A DNA stretch of 64,000 nt from an uncultured Eubacteriales bacterium (GTDB lineage Bacteria; Bacillota; Clostridia; Oscillospirales; CAG-272), in assembly GCA_934489945.1 (NCBI GenBank), contig CAKSSY010000002.1:14002-78001 (forward strand), written 5' to 3'. A program made the translations under genes and the position numbers. Below, piece by piece: positions 8,421 through 18,016 of the stretch. The notes under the pieces are model-generated. The model saw only the letters and a list, made by a program, of their open reading frames with translations. It was not told where the DNA came from and searched no databases. The stretch's first letter is position 1. Each line of letters opens with the position of its first letter.

Positions 8421-9653
8421 TTATTCGTTACCGGAAGAGTGTAACTCCCCCATTTGATTGAGCATATTTTCTACAAATATTCCATATCCCGTGGTAGGAT
8501 CGCTGATGAGAACATGCGTGACCGCTCCCACAATTTTGCCGTTCTGAATAATGGGAGAGCCGCTCATGCCCTGAATAATTCCTCCGGTTTTTTCCAAGAG
8601 CTTTTTGTCCGTTACTTTCACAGTAAAACACTTGCCGCCGGTAGCATTGCGATTGATGTCACGAATCTCAACACTGTATTTTCCGATTTCGTTGCTGTCC
8701 AACGTACAATAGATGAAGGCTTCTCCTTCCGCGATGTCACCGCGCAACGCAATGGGCAGAGGATCACTCGGCGCATTGGGACAGTTTCCGTAAATTCCGT
8801 AAACGCCGCATGCGTTGTTGTCAAGAAGAGTTCCTGTCTTGCCGGAGTTAAAGAAACCTTTGATCTCACCGGGCGTACCGCTTACCCCTTTTGTAATGCC
8901 GCTGATCGTAACATCGACAATCGTTCCGCGGTCGATTTGAAGCAATTCTCCCGTATCGGTATCACAGATGCCGTGTCCGAGACCGGCAAAATAATGGCTG
9001 TCCGGCACAATAAAACTGACCGTTCCGATTCCCGCTCCACTGTCTCTGACCCAGATTCCGGTCTTGTAGATTCCTTCGGACTCCGAAAGAATCGGCGTCA
9101 CCGTAACCTCAAAGCTCTCATTGCCGCGTTTGCAACGAAGGCAGATCGGTTTCCCATCGGAATTTTCCACCTTCTCGGTCAATTCTCCCGAACCGGATAA
9201 TTCCTTGCCGTCGACATGCGTAATCACATCTTTCAGACGAATGCCGGCATTGTAGGCGGGATTGACCTTTCCTTCTGCGGTTTCAATGTCACAAAATCCG
9301 ACAACTAGAACACCCTCGGTGAAAAATTTAACACCGAACGGCATTCCGCCCGGACAGAGCTTCAAATCCTTGTAGGCGGTCAAATTCACATTTTTGACGG
9401 GAATGAAACCGAGTAATTTATACTGCACCTCCTGACCGGAGGCAAATAAAGAGTCTCCTTCGGCAAAGCAGGCTGTATCACCCGAGAATACGGCATCGGC
9501 ACCGAGATAGGAAGGAATCGACCCGCCGGAAAACAGCGATATTTCGTCGGGTATAATAGAATCGTAGAATCCGAGTACCGCCGACATGACGAGCAGCAAA
9601 GCCATGACGATGACGGAAAGGGTCTTCAGTTTTCGGTTGTTCTTACATTTCAT
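8421..9653 (-). CDS. spoIVB: SpoIVB peptidase (S55 family, stage IV sporulation signalling protease)
   Basis: 410 aa with a signal/TM anchor, a PDZ-like region (GIRLKDVITHVDGKEL) and an S55 catalytic region (GIGTVSFI...AGLGHGICD...GMSGSPIIQNGKIVGAVTHVL). Confidence 0.9.
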   Translation of the reverse strand: MKCKNNRKLKTLSVIVMALLLVMSAVLGFYDSIIPDEISLFSGGSIPSYLGADAVFSGDTACFAEGDSLFASGQEVQYKLLGFIPVKNVNLTAYKDLKLCPGGMPFGVKFFTEGVLVVGFCDIETAEGKVNPAYNAGIRLKDVITHVDGKELSGSGELTEKVENSDGKPICLRCKRGNESFEVTVTPILSESEGIYKTGIWVRDSGAGIGTVSFIVPDSHYFAGLGHGICDTDTGELLQIDRGTIVDVTISGITKGVSGTPGEIKGFFNSGKTGTLLDNNACGVYGIYGNCPNAPSDPLPIALRGDIAEGEAFIYCTLDSNEIGKYSVEIRDINRNATGGKCFTVKVTDKKLLEKTGGIIQGMSGSPIIQNGKIVGAVTHVLISDPTTGYGIFVENMLNQMGELHSSGNE

Positions 9654-9836
9654 AGGCTTGGCTTCCTTATGGTTCTGATAGTTTTTGCATGGGGATGCAC
9701 TCGTTAATGTGTGTCGGGGATGACACTTTCATGTGTAACAAAATTGGTTTCGGGAGGCAAATTTTATGGGTGCACAATCAAAGCATACTGTATTTTATGA
9801 AACTTTCCGAAACATTATACAAAAAGGAGACGGTCA

Positions 9837-10619
9837 ATGTTGGTAACAGCGGAAGAAAAATTGCGTTTTGAAAAGATTTGCCATCAGTATGAGAAAAATG
9901 TCCCCGAACCAATGGGCATCGGTACACTTCACGAGAAACCGCTCCATCGGATTCTGAAAACGTATTTTTGTCCGGATACCGAATTTCAGGAAGTTGGGAT
10001 CGGCGATTTTGTCGCCGACGCACTGGTCGGAAATACGATTTATGAAATTCAGACTGCCGGACTTTCTCCTCTCAGAAAAAAATTGCGGTACTATCTGGAC
10101 CACACCGAGAAAAACATTGTCGTTGTCTGCCCCGCAATCGTATCCAAAAGTCTCGTTTGGATTCATCCCGAAACGGGAGTCGCCTCAAGTCCGCGCCGTA
10201 CAAACCCGGGACACGGCAAAATGCGTGTTCTGCCGGAGCTGGTGTATCTGTTGGACTGCCTCGACTTTGAACGCTTGTCATTTTGTCTTGTAGGCGTAAA
10301 TGTTGAGGATGTAAAACTACTTGACGGCAGAGGAAAAGAGAAAAAAATCGGTGCCACACGCCTGACTCGCATACCGCACGAACTCATCTCCGTTGATTAC
10401 CTGTGTTCCGCGGAAGATATTGCCGCCGCATTTCTGCCTGCCAATCTTCCGGACGAATTTGGTTCCTCAGACTTTTCACGTCGCACAAATCTGCGTCGTT
10501 TGTCTCTCAGTGCGGCATTAAAGGTCTTGGTTCGACTCGGATTTTTGGAAATTGTCGGCAAAAAGAAAAACAGCATCCGATATCGTGTCAGCCAACGTTA
10601 CCATACCATCGTTCCATAA
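9837..10619 (+). CDS. hypothetical protein with a CoiA-like / PD-(D/E)XK nuclease-fold N-terminal half
   Basis: 260 aa. HEKPLHRILKTYF...GDFVADALVGNTIYEIQTAGLSPLRKKLRYYL resembles the CoiA-type pattern (H..LK ... aD ... EIQ.s ... Y). AAAAGGAG Shine-Dalgarno sequence. The C-terminal ~60 aa look wHTH-like. Confidence 0.45.
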   Translation: MLVTAEEKLRFEKICHQYEKNVPEPMGIGTLHEKPLHRILKTYFCPDTEFQEVGIGDFVADALVGNTIYEIQTAGLSPLRKKLRYYLDHTEKNIVVVCPAIVSKSLVWIHPETGVASSPRRTNPGHGKMRVLPELVYLLDCLDFERLSFCLVGVNVEDVKLLDGRGKEKKIGATRLTRIPHELISVDYLCSAEDIAAAFLPANLPDEFGSSDFSRRTNLRRLSLSAALKVLVRLGFLEIVGKKKNSIRYRVSQRYHTIVP

Positions 10620-10694
10620 AAATCCTCGTTTTATACAGCTTTGTATATAATAACAAAAGCGAGACCGGACATTGCGTACCGATCCCGCTTCTGC

Positions 10695-10728
10695 AAAAGC
10701 CGCCCCTGATTTTTCAAATCCGGGGCGG
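10695..10728 (-). terminator. hairpin terminator after the HPr-like gene
   Basis: The minus strand reads CCGCCCC-(15 nt)-GGGGCGG followed by CTTTTGC. Confidence 0.45.
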
Positions 10729-10743
10729 ACATTTTATATCCCA

Positions 10744-10980
10744 TTACTCAACAATATATTTCTTGATTTTTTCCAAAAGTTCATCTGCCGCCTTGTCGTC
10801 TGCCTGAACCGTCATCTTGATAGGAGAAAGAAGATCCAGACTGAAAATACCCATAATGGACTTGCCATCCACTACATAACGACCCGAGGAAAGGTCTACC
10901 TCTCCTTCAAATGCGGCAATATCGTTAACAAATTCGCGGACATCCGCAATGGTAGAAAGACGAATATTTGCTGTTTTCAT
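10744..10980 (-). CDS. HPr-family (PTS phosphocarrier-like) small protein lacking the His15 site
   Basis: 78 aa counted from MKTANIRL (GGAGG Shine-Dalgarno sequence). The HPr-like core GKSIMGIFSLDL is present, but there is no GLHARPA histidine motif near the N-terminus. Confidence 0.7.
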   Translation of the reverse strand: MKTANIRLSTIADVREFVNDIAAFEGEVDLSSGRYVVDGKSIMGIFSLDLLSPIKMTVQADDKAADELLEKIKKYIVE

Positions 10981-11007
10981 AATGATTTCCTCCAAATCTA
11001 ATTCAAA

Positions 11008-12912
11008 TTATTTTCCAAATACGGGAGCAACATCAAACAAACAAAGATTGGTAAAATCCTTACCGTCCACATATTCCTCCGTAGCACCGATCTTCACCTT
11101 TGCCCAATCGGCGGCACTGCCGTTGAAACGAAGCGTCTTCAAGGACTCACACCCATCGAAAGCCCACTTGCCGATTGCCGTAATACTTTGACCGAGTGTC
11201 AGGTTTTCAAGATCAAAGCAATAGTAGAAGACGTCCTCCGGAATTTCACCGGCAATATCCACCGTGATGTCCTTCAGATGATAACACGCCATAAATGCGC
11301 CCACACCTAATACTTTGACCGAGTCGGGGATTTTAAGTTCGGTAAGCCCCGTACAATATTCAAACGCCTTGGTGCCAATTGCGGAAAGCGAGGAACCGAA
11401 GTTCAGCTTTTCGATTTTCACACAACGGTAAAAAGCGGAATTGCCGATTGTAACAACAGAGGAAATATCCGGGGTTTCAAGATTGACACACTCGTAAAAC
11501 GCATTTCTTCCGATTGTTTTGACCGCCGAAAGATCAATCTTTTTCAAACCTTTGACTCCCGAAAAAGCCTCATCCCCAATATCCGTAATCTTGCCTTTGA
11601 TTTCCAGATCTGTCAAAGAAACGCATCCCGAAAGAAGTCTTGCGGGAATCTTGGTCAAGGTTTCGGGAAGGGTAAGTGCGTTAAGACTCTTGCAGTTGGC
11701 AAACGCGCCGACCCCGAGCGTTTTCAGAGAGGTCGGAATATTCAGCTCCTTCAGATTGACACAGTCAAGAAACGCCTCATCTCCAATAGATGTAACCTTG
11801 TCACTCATGTGAAATTCGACAAGTGCCTCGCACCCGGCAAACTCCTTATATCCAATGGAAGTAATAGCGTCACCGAAGCGGATCTTCTGCAAAGCCGTGC
11901 AGCCGGAAATCGAACCTGCGCCGAGAGATGTCACGTTGTCCCCGAAGGTGATGGCTGCCAATTTGCTACAGTTCTGGAATGCGCCGTCGCCGACTTTCCG
12001 AAGGGTGTTCGGCAAATCCAGTGTTGTAACGGCAACGCAGTCACGAAACGCATAGTTTCCGACACTTTCCAACGCCGTAGGAACATTTACGGAAGTCAAA
12101 GCGGCACAACCGTCGAAAGCACGCTCACCAATTGCAGTAACCCCTGTCGGAAGTCCGACAGATTCAAGAGCCGTACAGCCGGTAAAACAATTTTCCGGAA
12201 TCGCCGTAACCGCCCCGGGAATCACACAAGCCTTAAGTGAAATGCAATTTTCAAACGCCGATGCTCCGATAGAGGTAACACCGTCCGGCAGTTCCACATT
12301 TGTCAGTCTGGTACAATTCTTAAACGCCTCGTCGGAAATTTTCGTCACCGAAGAGGGAATTTTCACCGATGTCAGCACATCGGTAGCACGGCAACCGCCA
12401 CCGAAAAGATGCTTGTATGCCTCAAGCAGTTTTTCCGTCGTAAAATCAGGGCAGGAGTCTGTTATGTACTTGGAAAGGGACGCGCGCTCCGAATCAAAGT
12501 TTTTGGCGTAATCAAAACAATAGACCTCTGTGCCGTCGTCCAGAGTCTGCGTTTTATAATAGATCATAAATTTGTTGTAGGCAAAAGAATTTTTTTCTTT
12601 CATGGGAGTCAGAACCAAATTGTCAAAATCTTCTTTGCCGATCATCATCGGAGCAAGATATTCGACACTGACCGTGCCGAACGCAAATTTCCCGATTTCC
12701 GTGACCTTGTCACCTGCAGGGCTCTTTTCGGGAATCACGATTTCACTTACCTCGCCCAAATTGCCGATTCCCGCCACATAGCAGGTACCGTCACCATTGC
12801 TGACGAACTCCAATCCGTCACCTTTGACATTCGGTTTGGTGTCATTGCAGGCAGACACTGCCAGCAACATCAACAGAACAAAGAGCACAGCGAGAAAATT
12901 CTTCATATTCAT
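11008..12912 (-). CDS. leucine-rich-repeat (BspA/LRR_5-type) surface lipoprotein
   Basis: Lipobox LLAVSAC after a signal peptide. It is followed by more than 15 repeats of about 23 aa (xAFxxCxxLxxVxIPxxVTxIG). I chose the start at 12912 (GGAGG Shine-Dalgarno sequence). Confidence 0.85.
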   Translation of the reverse strand: MNMKNFLAVLFVLLMLLAVSACNDTKPNVKGDGLEFVSNGDGTCYVAGIGNLGEVSEIVIPEKSPAGDKVTEIGKFAFGTVSVEYLAPMMIGKEDFDNLVLTPMKEKNSFAYNKFMIYYKTQTLDDGTEVYCFDYAKNFDSERASLSKYITDSCPDFTTEKLLEAYKHLFGGGCRATDVLTSVKIPSSVTKISDEAFKNCTRLTNVELPDGVTSIGASAFENCISLKACVIPGAVTAIPENCFTGCTALESVGLPTGVTAIGERAFDGCAALTSVNVPTALESVGNYAFRDCVAVTTLDLPNTLRKVGDGAFQNCSKLAAITFGDNVTSLGAGSISGCTALQKIRFGDAITSIGYKEFAGCEALVEFHMSDKVTSIGDEAFLDCVNLKELNIPTSLKTLGVGAFANCKSLNALTLPETLTKIPARLLSGCVSLTDLEIKGKITDIGDEAFSGVKGLKKIDLSAVKTIGRNAFYECVNLETPDISSVVTIGNSAFYRCVKIEKLNFGSSLSAIGTKAFEYCTGLTELKIPDSVKVLGVGAFMACYHLKDITVDIAGEIPEDVFYYCFDLENLTLGQSITAIGKWAFDGCESLKTLRFNGSAADWAKVKIGATEEYVDGKDFTNLCLFDVAPVFGK

Positions 12913-13003
12913 TGTTGCCTCCATTTCATTCCTGAACATCACATTTAATTCATTATACAAGATTTTTCCTTGCTTGTCAAGGAGGAAAGCTCACCGTCCC
13001 ATT

Positions 13004-13762
13004 TTATTTTTTCTGTTGCCTGCACCAGATTTTCATAACCAGACGATGCGGCAGAAGTTTGGTAAAAAACACCTGTATGCGGATACGCAGTCCGCATATC
13101 GAAACATCCTTCCCGCGTTTCATGTCTTTCAGAGCGCGGATCACAACCTCATCGGGGTTGTAAAAATGATTGTAGTAGGTGATAGTATCGTCGGTAACGG
13201 CATGATCGAAAAATTCGGTTCTTACCCATCCGGGACAAACGGCAAGTGCGCGGATGCCCCGTGCCTTCAATTCCACATTCAAAGACCTTGTAAAACTCAG
13301 AACAAACGCCTTCGTTGCACCGTAAACATTGATATACGGCACCGGCTGGAAGGAAGAAAGGGAGGCAATTTCATAGATTCTTCCTCCCGCCGTCATATAA
13401 GGAAGCGTAAGATATGTCATAGCAACAAGAGCTTTGTCGTTCAGGTCGATCATGGAGAGCTGTGTGTCAAGGGGAATCCGGAAGAATTCCCCGAATTTTC
13501 CGAAACCGCTCCCGTTAACCAAAACCGCCACCTCCGGCATTTCCTTCTCCAATGCGGCGGCATATTCCTCAAGACAAGCACGCTCCGTCAAATCCAGTGT
13601 CATCGGCCGCAGATGAGCTCTCACCGTTCCGCCAAGCGACTCCAGCCGCTCCAACCTTCTGGCAATTACCCATATCTCGTCAAAATTCTCTTCGGCATCT
13701 ATCCGACGGACAAACTCACGTCCCATGCCGGATGACGCGCCGGTAATGACAGCAATTTTCAT
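13004..13762 (-). CDS. SDR-family short-chain dehydrogenase/reductase
   Basis: Cofactor motif MKIAVITGASSGMGREF and the catalytic YGATKAF (YxxxK) motif. Confidence 0.85.
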   Translation of the reverse strand: MKIAVITGASSGMGREFVRRIDAEENFDEIWVIARRLERLESLGGTVRAHLRPMTLDLTERACLEEYAAALEKEMPEVAVLVNGSGFGKFGEFFRIPLDTQLSMIDLNDKALVAMTYLTLPYMTAGGRIYEIASLSSFQPVPYINVYGATKAFVLSFTRSLNVELKARGIRALAVCPGWVRTEFFDHAVTDDTITYYNHFYNPDEVVIRALKDMKRGKDVSICGLRIRIQVFFTKLLPHRLVMKIWCRQQKK

Positions 13763-13772
13763 ATTTTTCCTT

Positions 13773-15005
13773 TCAGATCACACAATGAACCGGCAGTCCG
13801 TCCCGGTAAAGCGGCTGTCGTTCTCCGCGAATAAGAGGAAGCAAATAACGACAGCAAGCATCCGTAACATTGTTGCCGCGGGCATTGATGAATTCATCGG
13901 GGACAAATTTTACCTTGTTGGCAATCCCGGCAATATCCGCGGAGCCGATCCTGGAAAGATACGGTTCGTCCGAAATGCGATCAATCACCATCATCACACG
14001 GCTTTTCCCGTCAAGTGCCGCCGCCACGGCGGCTTTCCCGACGCGAACCGACTCTTCAATATCGGTTGCCGATGCCAAATGTCCCGCGCAACGTTGAGGA
14101 AGATTCAGCTCAACCGAGCGAACCTTGCATCCGATTTCATTCTGGATGGCATTTTCCAGCATTTTTCCCGTACCGGAAAGATACCGGTGACCGAACACAT
14201 CCGTAGCACCGCTCTGTGTCCCCTCGCCGACATATCTGCCGTCGGCAAACCGAAGCCCCTCCGAGACCGCCACCACCACATTCGGCTTTTGCTTCAGTTT
14301 TTCCCGTACGTCCTCAAAAAATTCTTCCATATTGAAATTTCTCTCGGGCAGATAAACAAAATCGGGAGCAACACCGTTCACCACTCTGCCGATTGCCGAT
14401 GCAGCCGTCAGCCATCCCGCGTCTCTTCCCATAATTTCGGCAATTGTAACAGCAGGTTTTGTATAGACCGCGCAATCCCGGATGATTTCGGAAACCGTAA
14501 CGGCAATATATTTCGCCGCCGAACCGTAACCCGGCGTGTGATCGGTACCAACAAGATCGTTATCAATGGTCTTCGGAACTCCGATCAGACGCATTTCATA
14601 GTCGTTGGTCCTAGAATATTCCGACAATTTGGCAACGGTGTCCATGGAATCGTTGCCACCGATATAAAAGAAATAACGGATGTTGTATTTACGAAAAATC
14701 GAAAAGATTCTTTCATAGAACGCCGGATTCTCCGCCACAGGCGGGAGTTTCCGTCGACAGGAACCGAGTGCCGCCGCAGGTGTGTTTTCGAGCATCGTGA
14801 TCTCGCTCTCGTCTGCAAAACGTGCCGAAAGATTGATCAGACGTTCTTCCGAGAACCCCTCCATGCCGTTTTTCATGCCGTAAAGTGTAACATCGCGTTC
14901 CACACGGAAAGCACGCAAAATACCGGCAAGTGTAGCATTGATGGCGGCGGTCGGGCCGCCCGATTGTCCGACAACAGCATTTCCCTTCAGGATTTTTTCA
15001 CTCAT
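13773..15005 (-). CDS. pfp: 6-phosphofructokinase family enzyme, probably PPi-dependent
   Basis: PFK motifs GQSGGPTAAINA, GGNDS and PKTIDND. An Asp in place of the second Gly of GGDGS, plus the Lys in PKTIDND, are the established signatures of PPi-dependent enzymes. Confidence 0.8.
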   Translation of the reverse strand: MSEKILKGNAVVGQSGGPTAAINATLAGILRAFRVERDVTLYGMKNGMEGFSEERLINLSARFADESEITMLENTPAAALGSCRRKLPPVAENPAFYERIFSIFRKYNIRYFFYIGGNDSMDTVAKLSEYSRTNDYEMRLIGVPKTIDNDLVGTDHTPGYGSAAKYIAVTVSEIIRDCAVYTKPAVTIAEIMGRDAGWLTAASAIGRVVNGVAPDFVYLPERNFNMEEFFEDVREKLKQKPNVVVAVSEGLRFADGRYVGEGTQSGATDVFGHRYLSGTGKMLENAIQNEIGCKVRSVELNLPQRCAGHLASATDIEESVRVGKAAVAAALDGKSRVMMVIDRISDEPYLSRIGSADIAGIANKVKFVPDEFINARGNNVTDACCRYLLPLIRGERQPLYRDGLPVHCVI

Positions 15006-15011
15006 ATCGCT

Positions 15012-16019
15012 TTATTCTCCGAATTCCATAGCACTTTTTTCCATCATCTGACGAATCGGCAATTGGTACGGACACCTCGTTTCGCAAATGCCGCAACCAA
15101 TGCAGGCGGAAGCCTTGACAGAAAGTGTAGCATACCGCTCCCGCGCCCATTTTTCAAGATCGTAACGCTCCAGATACCCCGAAAACAGAAAAACACTCGG
15201 AATGGAGATGCCGACCGTGCAGGGAGCGCAATAGTTGCAACGGCGACAAAAAACGGTTCCCAAAGAATCCCGTATTTTTCCGATTCTTTCCCTCTCCTCG
15301 GGGGAAAGCGGCGAAACGTCCGAAACCGCGTCACAGTCAGCATCCACCTCATCGGGTGTTGCCATGCCGGGAATAACCACGCTCACCGCGGGATTCTGAC
15401 AAATAAAACGCAAAGCCAACCGCGCATCTTCAATCGCGCCGCCGGCAAGCGGCTTCATGCAGATAAATCCGATGTTTTTCTTTTCGCACTCGGCAATCAG
15501 TTCCTCGCCCTGCCTCTCTACAATGTTGTAGGGAAACATAATCGTTTCAACAAAATCCAGCTCCAAAGCCCGTCGAAACGTTTCCAAGGAATGCGCGGTA
15601 AGTCCGATATGGCGGATTTTTCCTTCGCGTTTTGCCTCAAGAAGAGCATCAAGCCCGCTGCCCGGCTTGCAAAAATCATCAAGCTGTTCAACCGGAATAT
15701 TATGAATCTGGTAAAGATCCAGATAATCGGTCTTCAATTTTGCCAAAGAGTCCTCAATGTCCGCCCGAAGTGCCTCGTATGTCCGAGCCATGCTCTTGGA
15801 AGCCAGTATAAACTTGTCGCGTCTGCCCCGGATCGCATCGCCGATTCGTTCCTCGCTCACTGTATATGCCTTTGCCGTGTCAACAAAATTGATTCCTTTT
15901 TCCAATAACCTGTCAAACAATTCCACAGCACCGGCTTTGTCGGTTTTCTGAATCGGAATTCCCCCGAATCCCATTGCCGACACTTTGAGTCCTGTTTTGC
16001 CGAGAATATGATATTCCAT
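15012..16019 (-). CDS. aldo/keto reductase with a C-terminal 4Fe-4S ferredoxin-type domain
   Basis: AKR N-terminus MEYHILGKTGLKVSAMGFGG. C-terminal cluster motifs CRRCNYCAPC and CIGCGICETRCP. I chose the start at 16019. Confidence 0.8.
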   Translation of the reverse strand: MEYHILGKTGLKVSAMGFGGIPIQKTDKAGAVELFDRLLEKGINFVDTAKAYTVSEERIGDAIRGRRDKFILASKSMARTYEALRADIEDSLAKLKTDYLDLYQIHNIPVEQLDDFCKPGSGLDALLEAKREGKIRHIGLTAHSLETFRRALELDFVETIMFPYNIVERQGEELIAECEKKNIGFICMKPLAGGAIEDARLALRFICQNPAVSVVIPGMATPDEVDADCDAVSDVSPLSPEERERIGKIRDSLGTVFCRRCNYCAPCTVGISIPSVFLFSGYLERYDLEKWARERYATLSVKASACIGCGICETRCPYQLPIRQMMEKSAMEFGE

Positions 16020-16082
16020 TTGCAGAATCCATCCACCCTTTCCAATACTTTCCGCACACATTCGCCCACGGCAAAGTACAAG

Positions 16083-17144
16083 TCATTTTCTTTTTTCCCG
16101 TTCTGCCGAGAGATTGATTGCCCCCTCCTGCAGGTATTCGAGATTTTCCAGCCGGATTGCCGTGCCCAGTGCCACACACTCAATGGGATGCTCTGCCACA
16201 CGGGCAGGAATTCCCGTAATTTTCCCGATCAGTGTGTCCAGTCCGCGCAACAGACTGCCGCCTCCGGTCATCACAATCCCATTCTCCATAATGTCGCCCA
16301 CAAGTTCCGGCGGCGTCCTGGCAATCACGGAGCAAACCGCGTCAATCACTGCCGTAATCGGTTCGGCAAGTGCCTCCAGCATTTCGCGGGAGGAAAGACG
16401 TACCACATCCGGCAATCCCGTCCTGACGTTTCTGCCATGATATTCCTTTACGATTTCGGGAGAGTGATCGTACACCGCACCGATTTCGCGTTTGATCTGC
16501 TCGGCGATTGTCTCACCGATCAGAATATTGTACTTGGTACGGGTATATCGCATGATGGCTTCGTCGAATTTGTCACCGGCAATCTTGATTGATTCCGAAA
16601 CCACCACTTCGTCAAGTGAGAGTACCGCAATATCGGTCGTCCCGCCGCCGATATCGACAATCATCTTGCCGTTCGGTTCGGAAATATCCAGCCCCGCACC
16701 GATTGCCGCCGCAACGGGTTCTTCAATCAAATACGTCTGACGTGCCCCAGCCCCCGTGGCCGCGTCAATCACAGCACACTCTTCCACCTCGGTAGCACCG
16801 GTCGGAATGCAAATCATAACCCGCGGCTTGATAAGAGAGTTTCCGCAAGCACGACGGATAAAATAATCCACCATTTTCAGCGACACCTGATATTTGTTGA
16901 TTACCCCCTCGCGCAACGGTCTTACCACCTCAAGATTTTCCGGTGTCCGTCCTGCCATTTTCAATGCGGCATACCCCACTCTTACAATCTTGTCGGTTCC
17001 CTTTTCCACCACAGCGACAGAGGGTTCACGAAGAACAATTCCCCTACCTCTGACAGTAACGAGGACGCTTGCCGTACCGAGATCAATCCCGACATCATTG
17101 CAAACGATCCGCCCCTTGATTTTCTGAAATACGTTTTCTGCCAT
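16083..17144 (-). CDS. mreB: rod-shape-determining actin homologue MreB/Mbl
   Basis: 353 aa with the motifs DVGIDLGTASVLV, DIGGGTTDIAVLS and MTGGGSLLRGLD. Confidence 0.9.
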   Translation of the reverse strand: MAENVFQKIKGRIVCNDVGIDLGTASVLVTVRGRGIVLREPSVAVVEKGTDKIVRVGYAALKMAGRTPENLEVVRPLREGVINKYQVSLKMVDYFIRRACGNSLIKPRVMICIPTGATEVEECAVIDAATGAGARQTYLIEEPVAAAIGAGLDISEPNGKMIVDIGGGTTDIAVLSLDEVVVSESIKIAGDKFDEAIMRYTRTKYNILIGETIAEQIKREIGAVYDHSPEIVKEYHGRNVRTGLPDVVRLSSREMLEALAEPITAVIDAVCSVIARTPPELVGDIMENGIVMTGGGSLLRGLDTLIGKITGIPARVAEHPIECVALGTAIRLENLEYLQEGAINLSAEREKRK

Positions 17145-17239
17145 AAGCGATCGGCGTCCTCCGTTCCTTTTTCTACATTATACAATATTTTTGCCGGATT
17201 TGCAACGGAATCGGCGAATTTTTCCTCACGAATCCCGTC

Positions 17240-18016
17240 TCATCCTTTATTTACCGTCCGAGCCACCGTAACGCAGACAATGCGTCCGTGAAATTTCTCC
17301 TTCAGTAGCTTCACGCAGGCGGTAAGAGTCGCTCCCGTCGTTATCACATCGTCCACCAAAAGAATACAGCGGTACTCGCGGTTAAGCGTCTCAAAATCCT
17401 CCTCTTCAAGACAAAATGCACCGTTTGCATTGAGAAATCGCGCATTCTCGCCAAGACGCTTCTGTTCCCGACCGGTAAATCTCCGCCTGCCGACAAGTCT
17501 CAGACAAAGCGTGCCGAGTCGAAGTGCAAGAGCATCTGCCAGATTTTCTGCCTGATCAAATCCGAGTTTCAGGCAGATGTTTTTTCCGCGTGGCACAAAA
17601 CTGACAAGAACCTGTTCATTCGCAATTGCGGCTTCCGAAAGATATTGAAGAATCGGACGCATCAGTTCCCCCGCAAGAAAATCCGTAGCGCGTTTTTCGT
17701 TCTTCCGTTTAATAAAAAGAATCAATCGCCTGCAAACCGAGTCCTGATATTTGTCATAAGGAAGGAGTTTGAGTGTCGCCGCAGCACCCGAGCCCCTCAG
17801 AATTCCGGGCATACAGTTGCATCGGGAATATTCCCGTCCGCACTTCGGACAAACCGCAAGTTCCGCATATTCCCATTTAACGCGACAACTCTCGCAAAGC
17901 GCACGGACTCTCATATCCAAAATATCCTTTTGTAAGAGCACACCGCAAGCACAACATTTTGGAGGATAAAGCAATCGCGAAAGAAAAGAATAAAAATACA
18001 ATTTATCTTTCGACAC
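17240..18016 (-). CDS. comFC: ComF-family protein (ComFC-type phosphoribosyltransferase fold)
   Basis: N-terminal Cys-rich zinc-finger region (CCACG...CESC...CPKCG...C) and the C-terminal PRTase motif ILLVDDVITTGATL. Overlaps the recD2 stop by 14 nt. Confidence 0.85.
   Translation of the reverse strand: MSKDKLYFYSFLSRLLYPPKCCACGVLLQKDILDMRVRALCESCRVKWEYAELAVCPKCGREYSRCNCMPGILRGSGAAATLKLLPYDKYQDSVCRRLILFIKRKNEKRATDFLAGELMRPILQYLSEAAIANEQVLVSFVPRGKNICLKLGFDQAENLADALALRLGTLCLRLVGRRRFTGREQKRLGENARFLNANGAFCLEEEDFETLNREYRCILLVDDVITTGATLTACVKLLKEKFHGRIVCVTVARTVNKG

Noticed and set aside
13725-15908. 727-aa plus-strand ORF spanning three minus-strand genes (SDR, PFK, aldo/keto reductase).
   Set aside because: It lies antisense to three genes with clear family motifs. 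Its translation is Arg/Ser/Cys-rich and low-complexity with no recognisable motif. It is a stop-free antisense frame of GC-rich coding DNA.
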